Shown: positions 27,073 to 35,440, counted from the stretch's first letter. The stretch: 40,000 nt of DNA from Shewanella fodinae (GCF_014651955.1 NZ_BMXW01000005.1:18333-58332); one strand, 5' to 3'. The notes: generated from the sequence alone by a model not told the origin. Numbers and translations: made by a program.

Positions 27073-28023
27073 TTATAGCCCGGTCAGATAGAACATGAAC
27101 GCCAGCGCCGCAACGCCGAAGCCCATCCAGGTCACCCGTCCGGTCAACAGGAAACGACCACGGGCAAGCGTATTTTCAATCACGGCGGCCACCACAAACA
27201 CCAGTACCAGCTTGACCACAAAGGCCAAGGTTCCTAGCAACAGGCTGGCAACAGTGAGGGTGTCGGCTTTACCAAACGGCACGAAGATGGCGAGAAACAA
27301 TCCGGCAACCACTACCTGTTTGAGGCTGATGCCCCATTTCACCAGCGCCAGACCGGCACCAGAGTATTCAGATAGCGGACCTTCTTGCAGTTCCTGCTCG
27401 GCTTCGGCCACATCGAACGGGATTTTGCCCATTTCAATGAACACTGCGAAGGCGCAGGCCAGCAGTGCCATGGCAGTAGCGGTTGGGGCTGCCCATTGCT
27501 GCGATGCCAGCGTGCTGCTAATGTTGCTGATATTGGTAGACCCCACTATCAGCGCCACCACCAGCAGGCCTAACATCAGAATGGGTTCCACCAAGATCCC
27601 CAGCGTCAGCTCACGGCTGGCACCAATACCGGCAAAGGTGCTGCCAGAATCCAGCCCTGCTAGCGAGAAGAAGAAACGGAAAACCGCGAACAGATAAAGT
27701 AAGGTGATCACATCACCACCCGCCGCCATCGGTGATACCTGAGTCACTAGCGGCAAGGTCATTGCCACCAGCAACATGGTGCCAAGCAGCACAAACGGCA
27801 TCACCCGGAATACCCCACCACAGTTGCTAGGCGCAACTTCCTGGCGGGTGAGCAATTTCATAATATCGCGGTATTCTTGCAACACACCGGGCCCTTTGCG
27901 GCTGTGCATCTTGGCGCGGATCACCCGCGACAGGCCTGACAACAGTGGCGACACGGCCATTAACAACACCGCTTGCAGCAGTCCTGCAATCAGTGCCAGT
28001 ACCAAGGAATTTTGCATCATCAT
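27073..28023 (-). CDS. hyfC: Hydrogenase-4 membrane subunit HyfC (NuoH/HycD-like)
   Basis: 316 aa. NuoH-like signatures are present (RKGPGVLQEYRDIMKLL, FDVAEAEQELQEGPLSEYSG). There are three consecutive ATGs at the start, so the exact start is uncertain by up to 6 nt. Confidence 0.9.
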   Translation of the reverse strand: MMMQNSLVLALIAGLLQAVLLMAVSPLLSGLSRVIRAKMHSRKGPGVLQEYRDIMKLLTRQEVAPSNCGGVFRVMPFVLLGTMLLVAMTLPLVTQVSPMAAGGDVITLLYLFAVFRFFFSLAGLDSGSTFAGIGASRELTLGILVEPILMLGLLVVALIVGSTNISNISSTLASQQWAAPTATAMALLACAFAVFIEMGKIPFDVAEAEQELQEGPLSEYSGAGLALVKWGISLKQVVVAGLFLAIFVPFGKADTLTVASLLLGTLAFVVKLVLVFVVAAVIENTLARGRFLLTGRVTWMGFGVAALAFMFYLTGL

Positions 28024-28033
28024 CCTCTACTCC

Positions 28034-30058
28034 TTAGGCCATGGTGACGATCAACAGCACAACCAGCGCTGCGACCACATACAGGCAGTAGGCACGAAAA
28101 TCGCCATACTGGATCCACTGCACCAGACGACTGAGTCGTTGCACCCCACTCACAACTGGCAATACCAGATGTTCATCCCAGACTGGTTCAACTTTGGCAG
28201 CTGCGTCAGTAGTGGCAGCTAGAGACCGTTGCAACATGGGCGCAGGGTCGAGTGTCTTACGCAAGCGATAGAGCGGCGCAAACAACACCCGCAATGGCTG
28301 CGCAAAACTTCCAGCAGACAAGGCCATTTTGGCCTCGTAGCCATAACCACAAGCCCAAGGCGTACCACGGCGGGTAAAGCGCAGTCGATCACTGCCACCT
28401 TTGACGCTGTAGATAATCAGCGGCAACAACGGCAGCGCCAGCAGCAAGATAAACAGCAACGGTGTGTTAAGGCTGGTCTGAGTCACATCGCCCGGGAACA
28501 CGCTGGCACCACTGGCCATCGCAATGGCCGAGGTATGACTCAGTTGCGCAGCGATATTGGTGATCACTGGCGCAACCACGGCGGCACCCACCCCCAGAAG
28601 TACGCACAGAATGGCGAGTAGCCACATGGCACTGGTCATACTGAAAGGCACTTCACGGGCATTGGCAGCTTTTTCACTACGCGGCGCACCACAGAAGCAA
28701 ATACCATACACTTTGACGAAGCACATGGCGGCCAGCGCCCCGGTAATCGCCAACATGACGATAGCGGCCGGACCTGCCAGTTTTAGGCCCACACTGCCGT
28801 CGTGGCTCATGGTGAACAGGGACTGATAAGTGAACCACTCACTGACAAAACCGTTCAGTGGCGGCAGTGCGGAAATTGCCATACAGCCGATGAGGAACGC
28901 CACCGCTGTCCGCGGCATCAGTTTGGCAAGTCCGCCCATCTGCTCCATATCCTTGGTGTGGGTGCGGTAGATAACCGCGCCAGCGCCGAGGAATAACAAG
29001 CCTTTAAACAGCGCATGGTTGATCAGGTGATACAATCCCCCTAGCAATCCCAGTAGCGCCAGCAATGGGTGATGGGTGGCAATCCCTATCATCCCGGCAC
29101 CCACGCCCATCAGGATGATGCCGATGTTTTCAACGGTGTGATAAGCCAGCAGACGTTTGATGTCGTGCTCGGCCAGTGCATACAACACACCGAGTACGGA
29201 GGAGACGGCGCCGAAGGCCAGCACCACTACGCCCCACCACACTTCGGTCGCCCCCAGCAAATCAATGCCCACCTTGATGATACCGAAGATCCCTATCTTC
29301 ACCATCACCCCAGACATCAAGGCGGATGCATGAGAAGGCGCAGCCGGGTGAGCGCGAGGCAACCACCCGTGAAGCGGCAGCATCCCAGCTTTGGCACCAA
29401 AGCCAAAGAACGCTAGCAAGAACACTGCAGACGCTTCACCGACGGGCAAATGCGCTTCACGGAAAGCGGCAAAATCTAAGCTTCCCGCATGACGGTACAG
29501 CAGGAAGAAACCGAGCATGATCAGCACAGATCCCGCATGGGCGATAAAGAAGTACAACAACCCCGCCCCTACCGCTTCATCATCCTGCTCCGAGATCACC
29601 AAGAAATAGGAACTGAGAGACATCGCTTCAAACAACACGATAAAGTAGAAGGCGTTATCTACCGCCACCAGCGCCACCATAGAAGCGATAAACAGGTTCA
29701 TGAAGAACCCCATCGCCCAAGCACCTTTTCCACGATATTCCTGCAGGTAAGCGAATGAATACAGCGAAGTCACCACCACCAGAATGGAAATGACCAGCAC
29801 CATAAACGCTGCCAGCATATCCAGTCGCAGTGTCAGATGCGCAAACGCCGCAAAAGGTCCGGCATAATCGGCAGTGATAACCCCTCCGTCTAGCAGCACT
29901 GGCAACGCTGCGATAACCCCAGCAATCCCGCCGACGAGCGACAGTAAGCCACTCACACGAATCGCCAGTGCCTCATTGCGGCACAACAGCAGCGACAACA
30001 GGGCGCCAACCATGTAGAGCGCCAACGAGAGTCCCAACCAGCTTAATGGCGTCATCAT
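28034..30058 (-). CDS. hyfB: Hydrogenase-4 antiporter-like membrane subunit HyfB (NuoL-like)
   Basis: 674-aa polytopic ORF with WLPRAHPAAPSHASALMSGVMVKIG and LLAYHTVENIG. ATGA overlap with hyfA. Confidence 0.9.
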   Translation of the reverse strand: MMTPLSWLGLSLALYMVGALLSLLLCRNEALAIRVSGLLSLVGGIAGVIAALPVLLDGGVITADYAGPFAAFAHLTLRLDMLAAFMVLVISILVVVTSLYSFAYLQEYRGKGAWAMGFFMNLFIASMVALVAVDNAFYFIVLFEAMSLSSYFLVISEQDDEAVGAGLLYFFIAHAGSVLIMLGFFLLYRHAGSLDFAAFREAHLPVGEASAVFLLAFFGFGAKAGMLPLHGWLPRAHPAAPSHASALMSGVMVKIGIFGIIKVGIDLLGATEVWWGVVVLAFGAVSSVLGVLYALAEHDIKRLLAYHTVENIGIILMGVGAGMIGIATHHPLLALLGLLGGLYHLINHALFKGLLFLGAGAVIYRTHTKDMEQMGGLAKLMPRTAVAFLIGCMAISALPPLNGFVSEWFTYQSLFTMSHDGSVGLKLAGPAAIVMLAITGALAAMCFVKVYGICFCGAPRSEKAANAREVPFSMTSAMWLLAILCVLLGVGAAVVAPVITNIAAQLSHTSAIAMASGASVFPGDVTQTSLNTPLLFILLLALPLLPLIIYSVKGGSDRLRFTRRGTPWACGYGYEAKMALSAGSFAQPLRVLFAPLYRLRKTLDPAPMLQRSLAATTDAAAKVEPVWDEHLVLPVVSGVQRLSRLVQWIQYGDFRAYCLYVVAALVVLLIVTMA

Positions 30059-30684
30059 AATTTTTGCCCCTCATCAGTTGCAGCAACAGTGCCAGTGGCA
30101 GACTGAGCATGCCAGCTCCCGGAATTGGGCAGCGACGCCAATTGCCGTTTACGCGCCGATGCTTTAGCAAGCTCCGCGTCGCTCACCAGTACAATGGCAC
30201 TGGTCGGGCAGGTATCAATACAGGCGGGGCCTTCCGGCCGGAAGCTACACAAGTCGCACTTCACCGCAACAGCTCGGATCCCAGGTCGCCAGTCCAATAG
30301 CGGGCTGATGGCACGAGGGGGACGTGGGGCTGGAGCCGCCAAAGGCGTGCAGACATCCAATGGAATATCCAGTGGTTTAGAACCACTGAGGGTAATGGCA
30401 CCGAACGGACAGGCAATAGCACACAGCTTACAGCCAATACACAGGCTTTCGTTGAGTACGATGGCTTCATCCTCACGGCGGATAGCGTTGACGGGACACA
30501 CAGTGGCACAAGGGGCATCCTCACACTGATGACACATCTGTGGCGCTGATTCTTCAGCACTACGCATCACCACCAGTCTTGGTTCGGTCTGTAACCCTTG
30601 TAGCCGGTGTGCCTCTGAACACGCCGCCATGCAGGTATTGCAGCCGATGCACAGTTGCGGATCGGCAATGACAAAACGGTTCAT
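30055..30684 (-). CDS. hyfA: Hydrogenase-4 4Fe-4S ferredoxin subunit HyfA (HycB-like)
   Basis: 209 aa with CIGCNTCMAAC, CHQCEDAPCATVCP, CIGCKLCAIACP and CDLC...CIDTCP. It is the first gene of the operon. Confidence 0.9.
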   Translation of the reverse strand: MNRFVIADPQLCIGCNTCMAACSEAHRLQGLQTEPRLVVMRSAEESAPQMCHQCEDAPCATVCPVNAIRREDEAIVLNESLCIGCKLCAIACPFGAITLSGSKPLDIPLDVCTPLAAPAPRPPRAISPLLDWRPGIRAVAVKCDLCSFRPEGPACIDTCPTSAIVLVSDAELAKASARKRQLASLPNSGSWHAQSATGTVAATDEGQKL

Positions 30685-30719
30685 ATACTCTCTCTAAGCA
30701 CTTGATCCCACCTTGAGCC

Positions 30720-30768
30720 CATTTCGTCACTTTTGACGACTTAGCTGCCACTGACAGATCTGTCGACA
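30720..30768 (-). promoter_or_regulatory. Composite palindromic motif block 35-85 bp upstream of hyfA, with an embedded weak -24/-12-like box
   Basis: Two palindromic elements: inverted repeat TCGTCA-CTTT-TGACGA (30724-30739), and TGACAGATCTGTCGACA (30752-30768) with the perfect palindrome GACAGATCTGTC at 30753-30764. Between them the minus strand reads TGGCAG-CTAAG-TCGT (30736-30750). The hexamers are related to the 29-bp element upstream of the hydN copies. Confidence 0.45.
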
Positions 30769-31014
30769 CCTGTAACCCTGAGCTAAAAACCGGGACAACT
30801 TCCCATGAAGCGGGGCTTTGCGCGTATCGGGGCTATATTGCTGATCGTCTGACCTGCATCCCGGCGAGCAATGCTCCGGTTAAGCGGCCACCCCAAATGG
30901 CTGACCAATGTCCCTAGTGAGCATTTTCTGCGCCAACTGCGAAAAATATTTTTTAACCGTTTAATTTCATATAGTTGCAATAAATTTCAGGGTAACATAA
31001 CGTTCAATTGAGCT

Positions 31015-31046
31015 TCGACACTAGCTGAATTCGACAGTAGTGACAC
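31015..31046 (+). promoter_or_regulatory. TCGACA direct repeats plus TGACAC (candidate activator sites) just upstream of the plus-strand sigma-54 promoter
   Basis: TCGACA at 31015-31020 and 31031-31036 (16-bp spacing), and TGACAC at 31041-31046. This is the same hexamer family as the hydN upstream element. Confidence 0.4.
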
Positions 31047-31081
31047 CGCTTGATAACCTGCGGTTAACTCGATGGCATGGC

Positions 31082-31097
31082 TGGCACTATTTTTGCT
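31082..31097 (+). promoter_or_regulatory. Consensus sigma-54 promoter (TGGCAC-N5-TTGCT) pointing toward fhlA
   Basis: The plus strand reads cTGGCACTATTTTTGCTg. GG is at 31083-84 and GC at 31095-96, which is the canonical spacing. The nearest downstream plus-strand gene is fhlA, whose ATG is about 690 nt away. Confidence 0.6.
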
Positions 31098-31177
31098 GAG
31101 TTCTATATGTGCACGTGCTAACGCGCCAGATAAGGAAAGGTAGTGGTAATGGCAACGAATACTTCTATGCCAACCGC

Positions 31178-31199
31178 GCTGCCATGTTGCTGCCATGTT
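31178..31199. repeat. Perfect 11-bp tandem duplication (GCTGCCATGTT x2)
   Basis: gctgccatgtt at 31178-31188 is repeated at 31189-31199. It lies inside the Cys-rich micro-ORF and encodes its CCC run. Confidence 0.9.
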
Positions 31200-31717
31200 G
31201 AAGGAACATATTGAGATACACCGCACTGGTCATCGGTATTTCGAGTTAGCAACACCGCGTATTTACCGCTCCTTGGGGAGAAATGCGGTTAATTAACCGC
31301 TGTGGTTTTGCGGTGATCGGCACAAACTGATGATCGTAAAAAGTGTGTGACGTCTTATCCAAGGCGTAGCCGACGAAATTGCGGTGGTTCGCTAGGCAAA
31401 CTAATAATAACGAGGGCGTACCGCGCCTTAAGGAAAACTTCTTATGCAACATTCCCATACAGATGCTTTCACCATTTTCTTTACCCGGTTCACATGCCAG
31501 CAAGCCAACAACATTGCAGGCCATAATGACCCATTCAGTTACTTCGCCAACCAGGCTGGCTTGCCCTAATTCATATAATTCAGGTAGTTTGTGACTAACA
31601 CTGCAATTACGTCAGGAACCCCTGGAGAGTTGGGATGTAATCGCATTTTGATAGATGAGAATATGTTTTAATAAATCGTCCGTCTTAGCGAACTGCATGG
31701 ATGCGCTGTGTACCGAG

Positions 31718-31729
31718 TGACAGCTGTCA
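31718..31729. promoter_or_regulatory. Perfect 12-bp palindrome TGACAGCTGTCA 58 bp upstream of the fhlA start (candidate operator)
   Basis: Seen directly in the sequence. It is related to TGACAG-AT-CTGTCG at 30752-30765. Confidence 0.4.
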
Positions 31730-31786
31730 AAAACAACCCTGTCTCGGCACAATGGCCTTTATGTTGTTGTAATAGAATTTGGAACT

Positions 31787-33883
31787 ATGGCACAGCGATT
31801 TCAATACCTTAGTGAACAGAAAAGCTGCCTGAGGCTGACGCATCAACTGCTGGATCAAGCCAGTGTTGATACTATGCTGCAGAGCCTGAATCAGCATTTT
31901 GTTGAAATAGGATTACCCTATGACTGTTCGGTGCTAGTGGATGGCCCGATGGCAGTACCACGGCTTTACCTCGAAGCTGATGATGGCGGCATCCGCAGTT
32001 TTGACGAAGCCTCCTTACTGCAAAACGGCCCGTTACGCATAGTGCAAGCATCCAGGACCGTGCTGCATCTTAGTTGTGAAGACTACCGTCAACGCTATCC
32101 GCGTTTAAGCGTGAGCATCCGTCCCCAGCCATTTGGTGATTATCTGGCCCTGCCTATTCTGAACCATCACCGACTCATGGGATTATTGGAGATCACTCGC
32201 CATGATACCGGGCAGTTCACAGACGACGACATTGCCCATCTGGAACTGGTGGCCGAATCTATCGGTATTGCGCTGGAACACCTGCAGTCACGGCTGGCAC
32301 TGAATTTTGAACAAGGGCAATTGTGTGAAGAACGCGATGACTTCCACGTGCTGGTCAATGTCACCAACGCCGTTATCACCGAGCGTAGTGTCGAATCGCT
32401 GGTGGATAAAATCGCCAGAGAAATTCACTGTTACTTTGGGATTAACGCCATCAGCGTATGTTTGCCAGAAACGGATCCCAACAATCTGACGCTTTATAAC
32501 GCCTTTTTCGTGCAGCCCGGCAAACCACAGGAAGCTCAGATCCATATCAGCGCTTCACGCAGTATTTGCCAACAAGTGCTCGACAGTGGCGAAATCCTGT
32601 TACGACAATTGTCAAAGGACGATCCTCTGGCCTGTAACGAAACCCAATTATTTAATCTGTGGCCAGCAGATTCACACCTGCTGTGTCTGATCCCCATAAA
32701 ATTTGCCGGACAAGTGTTAGGCGTGCTGAAGCTGGCGCAGGCTGACGAAGCGTGTTTCCAAGGTTCGCGCTTGCAGTTGCTGGCACAAGTTGCCGAGCGC
32801 ACGGCCATCGCCGTAGATAACGCGCGAGCCTACCAGGAAATCAACCGCCTGAAAGATAATCTGGTGCAGGAGAATAACTATCTCAGTGAACAAGTGGAGA
32901 GTCTCAGCCATCAGCAATTTGATGAAATTATTGGCCGGAGTAAAGCCATCACTGAAGTATTGAAGCAAGTAGAGCTGGTGGCGAAAACCGACTGCAGTGT
33001 GCTGTTACTCGGCGATACCGGAACAGGCAAAGAGGTGTTTGCTCGTGCCATCCACCGCCTAAGTCCCCGTAACGGCAAACGCATGATAAAAATGAATTGC
33101 GCCGCCATGCCCGCAGGCTTGCTGGAAAGCGATCTGTTCGGCCATGAAAAAGGTGCTTTTACCGGCGCCAGTAAAGAACGTATGGGGCGCTTTGAACTGG
33201 CACATCAAAGCAGTTTGTTCCTTGATGAAGTCGGTGATATGCCGCTGGAGCTGCAACCTAAACTGCTACGAGTATTACAGGAACAAGAGTTTGAGCGGGT
33301 TGGCGGCAACCGGCTGATCAATGTCGATGTGCGCCTGATCGCGGCTACCAATCGCGATCTGAAACAGATGGTGACAGATAAGGAATTCCGTTCTGATCTG
33401 TTCTACCGTCTCAATGTATTTCCTATCCGCTTGCCACCGTTAAGTGAACGTCGCGACGACATTCCGCACTTGGCAAAGTACTTTGTGTTCCGCGCCAGCA
33501 AGCACATGGGGCGCAACATCGACAGCATCCCATCGAGGGTGTTGCGGCAACTGCAGGAGATGGACTGGCCGGGTAATATTCGTGAATTACAGAATGTTAT
33601 TGAACGGGCGGTACTCCTGACCACTGGTCATGTGTTGCAACTACCTCCCGAACTGGGCCTGTTTGATGCCGAAGAGGAACTACAGCTAAGCCCTTACGAA
33701 CCGCAACCACAGCGTAATGCCGAAGAAGACGACGAATACCAGCGGATTGTTGCCGTGTTGCAGGAAACTAACGGCATTGTTGCTGGGCCGCGAGGTGCAG
33801 CGCACAAACTCGGTTTGAAACGCACCACCCTACTGTCGCGCATGAAACGCTTGGGGATCGATAAAGAAACCGCGCTGGTATAG
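31787..33883 (+). CDS. fhlA: Sigma-54-dependent formate hydrogenlyase transcriptional activator (FhlA/HyfR family)
   Basis: 698 aa. A long GAF-type N-terminal sensor region of about 380 aa is followed by an AAA+ core: Walker A GDTGTGKE, the sigma-54 contact motif ESDLFGHEKGAFTGA, and FLDEVGDMPLELQ. The C-terminal Fis-type HTH is AAHKLGLKRTTLLSRMKRLGI. It is divergent from the hyf operon. Confidence 0.9.
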   Translation: MAQRFQYLSEQKSCLRLTHQLLDQASVDTMLQSLNQHFVEIGLPYDCSVLVDGPMAVPRLYLEADDGGIRSFDEASLLQNGPLRIVQASRTVLHLSCEDYRQRYPRLSVSIRPQPFGDYLALPILNHHRLMGLLEITRHDTGQFTDDDIAHLELVAESIGIALEHLQSRLALNFEQGQLCEERDDFHVLVNVTNAVITERSVESLVDKIAREIHCYFGINAISVCLPETDPNNLTLYNAFFVQPGKPQEAQIHISASRSICQQVLDSGEILLRQLSKDDPLACNETQLFNLWPADSHLLCLIPIKFAGQVLGVLKLAQADEACFQGSRLQLLAQVAERTAIAVDNARAYQEINRLKDNLVQENNYLSEQVESLSHQQFDEIIGRSKAITEVLKQVELVAKTDCSVLLLGDTGTGKEVFARAIHRLSPRNGKRMIKMNCAAMPAGLLESDLFGHEKGAFTGASKERMGRFELAHQSSLFLDEVGDMPLELQPKLLRVLQEQEFERVGGNRLINVDVRLIAATNRDLKQMVTDKEFRSDLFYRLNVFPIRLPPLSERRDDIPHLAKYFVFRASKHMGRNIDSIPSRVLRQLQEMDWPGNIRELQNVIERAVLLTTGHVLQLPPELGLFDAEEELQLSPYEPQPQRNAEEDDEYQRIVAVLQETNGIVAGPRGAAHKLGLKRTTLLSRMKRLGIDKETALV

Positions 33884-34119
33884 CCAATAACCTTCACGTT
33901 GCACGGGGAGCTTCCAGCCTGGCTAACACGGCATTGAATATCGCTCAGCGTGGGCACGCCTCACAACAGCCTTGTGCGGAGCTGAAGAACATTCCTCAAC
34001 TGAAATAACAAAAAATCATTAAAACTCAATAAATTAAATTCAAATTCCAGCATTGAGTGATTCGACTGATGCGTATCGCGAGACGATTAATACAAAATGC
34101 AAAAAGCAATAACGCAAAA

Positions 34120-34578
34120 TCAATTCCGGGATTTCTGATATTGCGCCAGTAGCTTATCCAACGCATTAGCAAAGGCTTGACGGTCTGCCTGGTTCAGTGC
34201 CGCAGGCCCACCAGACTCGATACCACTGGCACGTAACGTATCCATAAAATCGCGCATGGTCAGACGCGCCCGAATATTGTCAGCGGTAAAAGCGTCCCCC
34301 CTCGGACTCAATGCTCTGCCACCTTTCTGCAACACGTCGGCTGCCAATGGGATGTCCGAGGTGATCACCAGATCGCCCGCGGCCACTCGCGCTACGATTT
34401 CATTATCCGCCACATCAAAGCCTTTCATCACTTGTAATGTGTTGATAAACGCAGACTTTGGTATTCGTAGCGGTTGATTTGCCACCAATGTCACAGCCAC
34501 CTGACAACGCTCCGCTGCACGATACAGTACCTCTTTAATCACTGCTGGACAGGCGTCAGCATCAACCCAAATTTTCAT
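34120..34578 (-). CDS. yaiI: YaiI/YqxD-family protein (UPF0178/DUF188)
   Basis: 152 aa. [24 protein letters not shown] is the hallmark N-terminus of this family. Confidence 0.8.
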   Translation of the reverse strand: MKIWVDADACPAVIKEVLYRAAERCQVAVTLVANQPLRIPKSAFINTLQVMKGFDVADNEIVARVAAGDLVITSDIPLAADVLQKGGRALSPRGDAFTADNIRARLTMRDFMDTLRASGIESGGPAALNQADRQAFANALDKLLAQYQKSRN

Positions 34579-34663
34579 AGTACTCTAACCAGGAATATGT
34601 TGAATATATTTGAAATTTTACCTTAATGACCCACAATAACCTATACACCTAAGTTTACGGCTG

Positions 34664-35428
34664 TTAGTTAGCCATATATAGCATCAGATGAATCAGCATG
34701 TGTGCCAACATCGCCGCCTCCAAGCCATAACGCCAGAACAACCAGCCAGCAGCAATACCGAAGATACCATTGCCCAACAACAGGTAAATGAACAGAAATG
34801 AATTGGCGGAGGTAGTTAACATTGATGCAGCAGGCAGATGCCCTAAACCGAAAAGCAATGCAGATAAGACAATACTTAACCAAATATACGTACGTGGGGG
34901 AGCCAAGTTACCGCGACAAAAAATACGATAAAACAGCCACAACAAAAATGACATGGCGCCCCAACGGACAAGTAATTCTTCCGTTAGGCCGCCATACAGC
35001 AGCCGACTGTAAAGTGGCAAATCCAACTTACTACTGTTGGCAATAAAATCTGCCGGTAATCGTGGAATAGCGACCTGCTGTAAACATAACAACAAAATAC
35101 TACAGAGGATGGCAACCAGTCCCGCCATCAGTAATGGATCCTGCACATCTCGCCATCGAATAGGCTTCCGCGCCAACCACGCCGCGAATAATGGAGCGCC
35201 CAAGTCCACTCTGACACTACACCAATTGCCTAGCATGAGTGCACAAAGCAATATCACGGTCGTTTGCAAGATAGACAGCAGTATTAATGACCACTGTGGT
35301 AATGGCAAAGGAGCTACCACCGCAGACAACAATGTATTGAGCACTGGTAGCAGCGATAACTGACCGCTAATACCTAGTACAAACAGCAACCATAACAAAG
35401 GCCAGTTAAAATAATATTTCGATGTCAT
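34664..35428 (-). CDS. CPBP-family (CAAX-type) intramembrane glutamic endopeptidase
   Basis: 254-aa polytopic ORF. It carries the EExxxR motif (GGLTEELLVRWG) and the FxxxH motif (LFGLGHL). Confidence 0.8.
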   Translation of the reverse strand: MTSKYYFNWPLLWLLFVLGISGQLSLLPVLNTLLSAVVAPLPLPQWSLILLSILQTTVILLCALMLGNWCSVRVDLGAPLFAAWLARKPIRWRDVQDPLLMAGLVAILCSILLLCLQQVAIPRLPADFIANSSKLDLPLYSRLLYGGLTEELLVRWGAMSFLLWLFYRIFCRGNLAPPRTYIWLSIVLSALLFGLGHLPAASMLTTSANSFLFIYLLLGNGIFGIAAGWLFWRYGLEAAMLAHMLIHLMLYMAN

Positions 35429-35440
35429 TCCTTAACCAAG

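Noticed and set aside
27095-27697. Antisense ORFs inside the hyf membrane-subunit genes: 27095..27697, 27776..28222, 28229..28621, 29069..29416, 22738..23205, 23385..23699, 25255..25609 and 30125..30529.
   Set aside because: These have the same shadow-ORF pattern opposite GC-biased third-codon positions of real genes. The translated sequences are compositionally biased (S/T/A/R/P runs) with no motifs.
31181-31195. A minus-strand sigma-54-like box TGGCAG-CAACA-TGGC that could be the missing hyf promoter.
   Set aside because: It is created by the 11-bp tandem duplication, which repeats TGGCAG one helical turn apart. It would imply a leader of about 485 nt reading through the plus-strand promoter. 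It has no TCGACA-type site upstream. I kept it only as a remote possibility.
30783-31226. Minus-strand ORFs 30783..30980 (TTG start, very basic) and 30987..31226 in the spacer.
   Set aside because: They have no SD and no recognisable motifs. One spans the plus-strand sigma-54 promoter and the TCGACA repeats. They are more likely non-coding.
31246-31524. A 92-aa minus-strand ORF in the hyfA-fhlA spacer with a faint receiver-domain-like pattern.
   Set aside because: It has no SD and no N-terminal acidic pocket, and the phospho-acceptor Asp is missing (LLACEPG). It overlaps an equally unconvincing plus-strand ORF (31379..31594). At most it is a decayed remnant, so I did not call it as a gene or a pseudogene.
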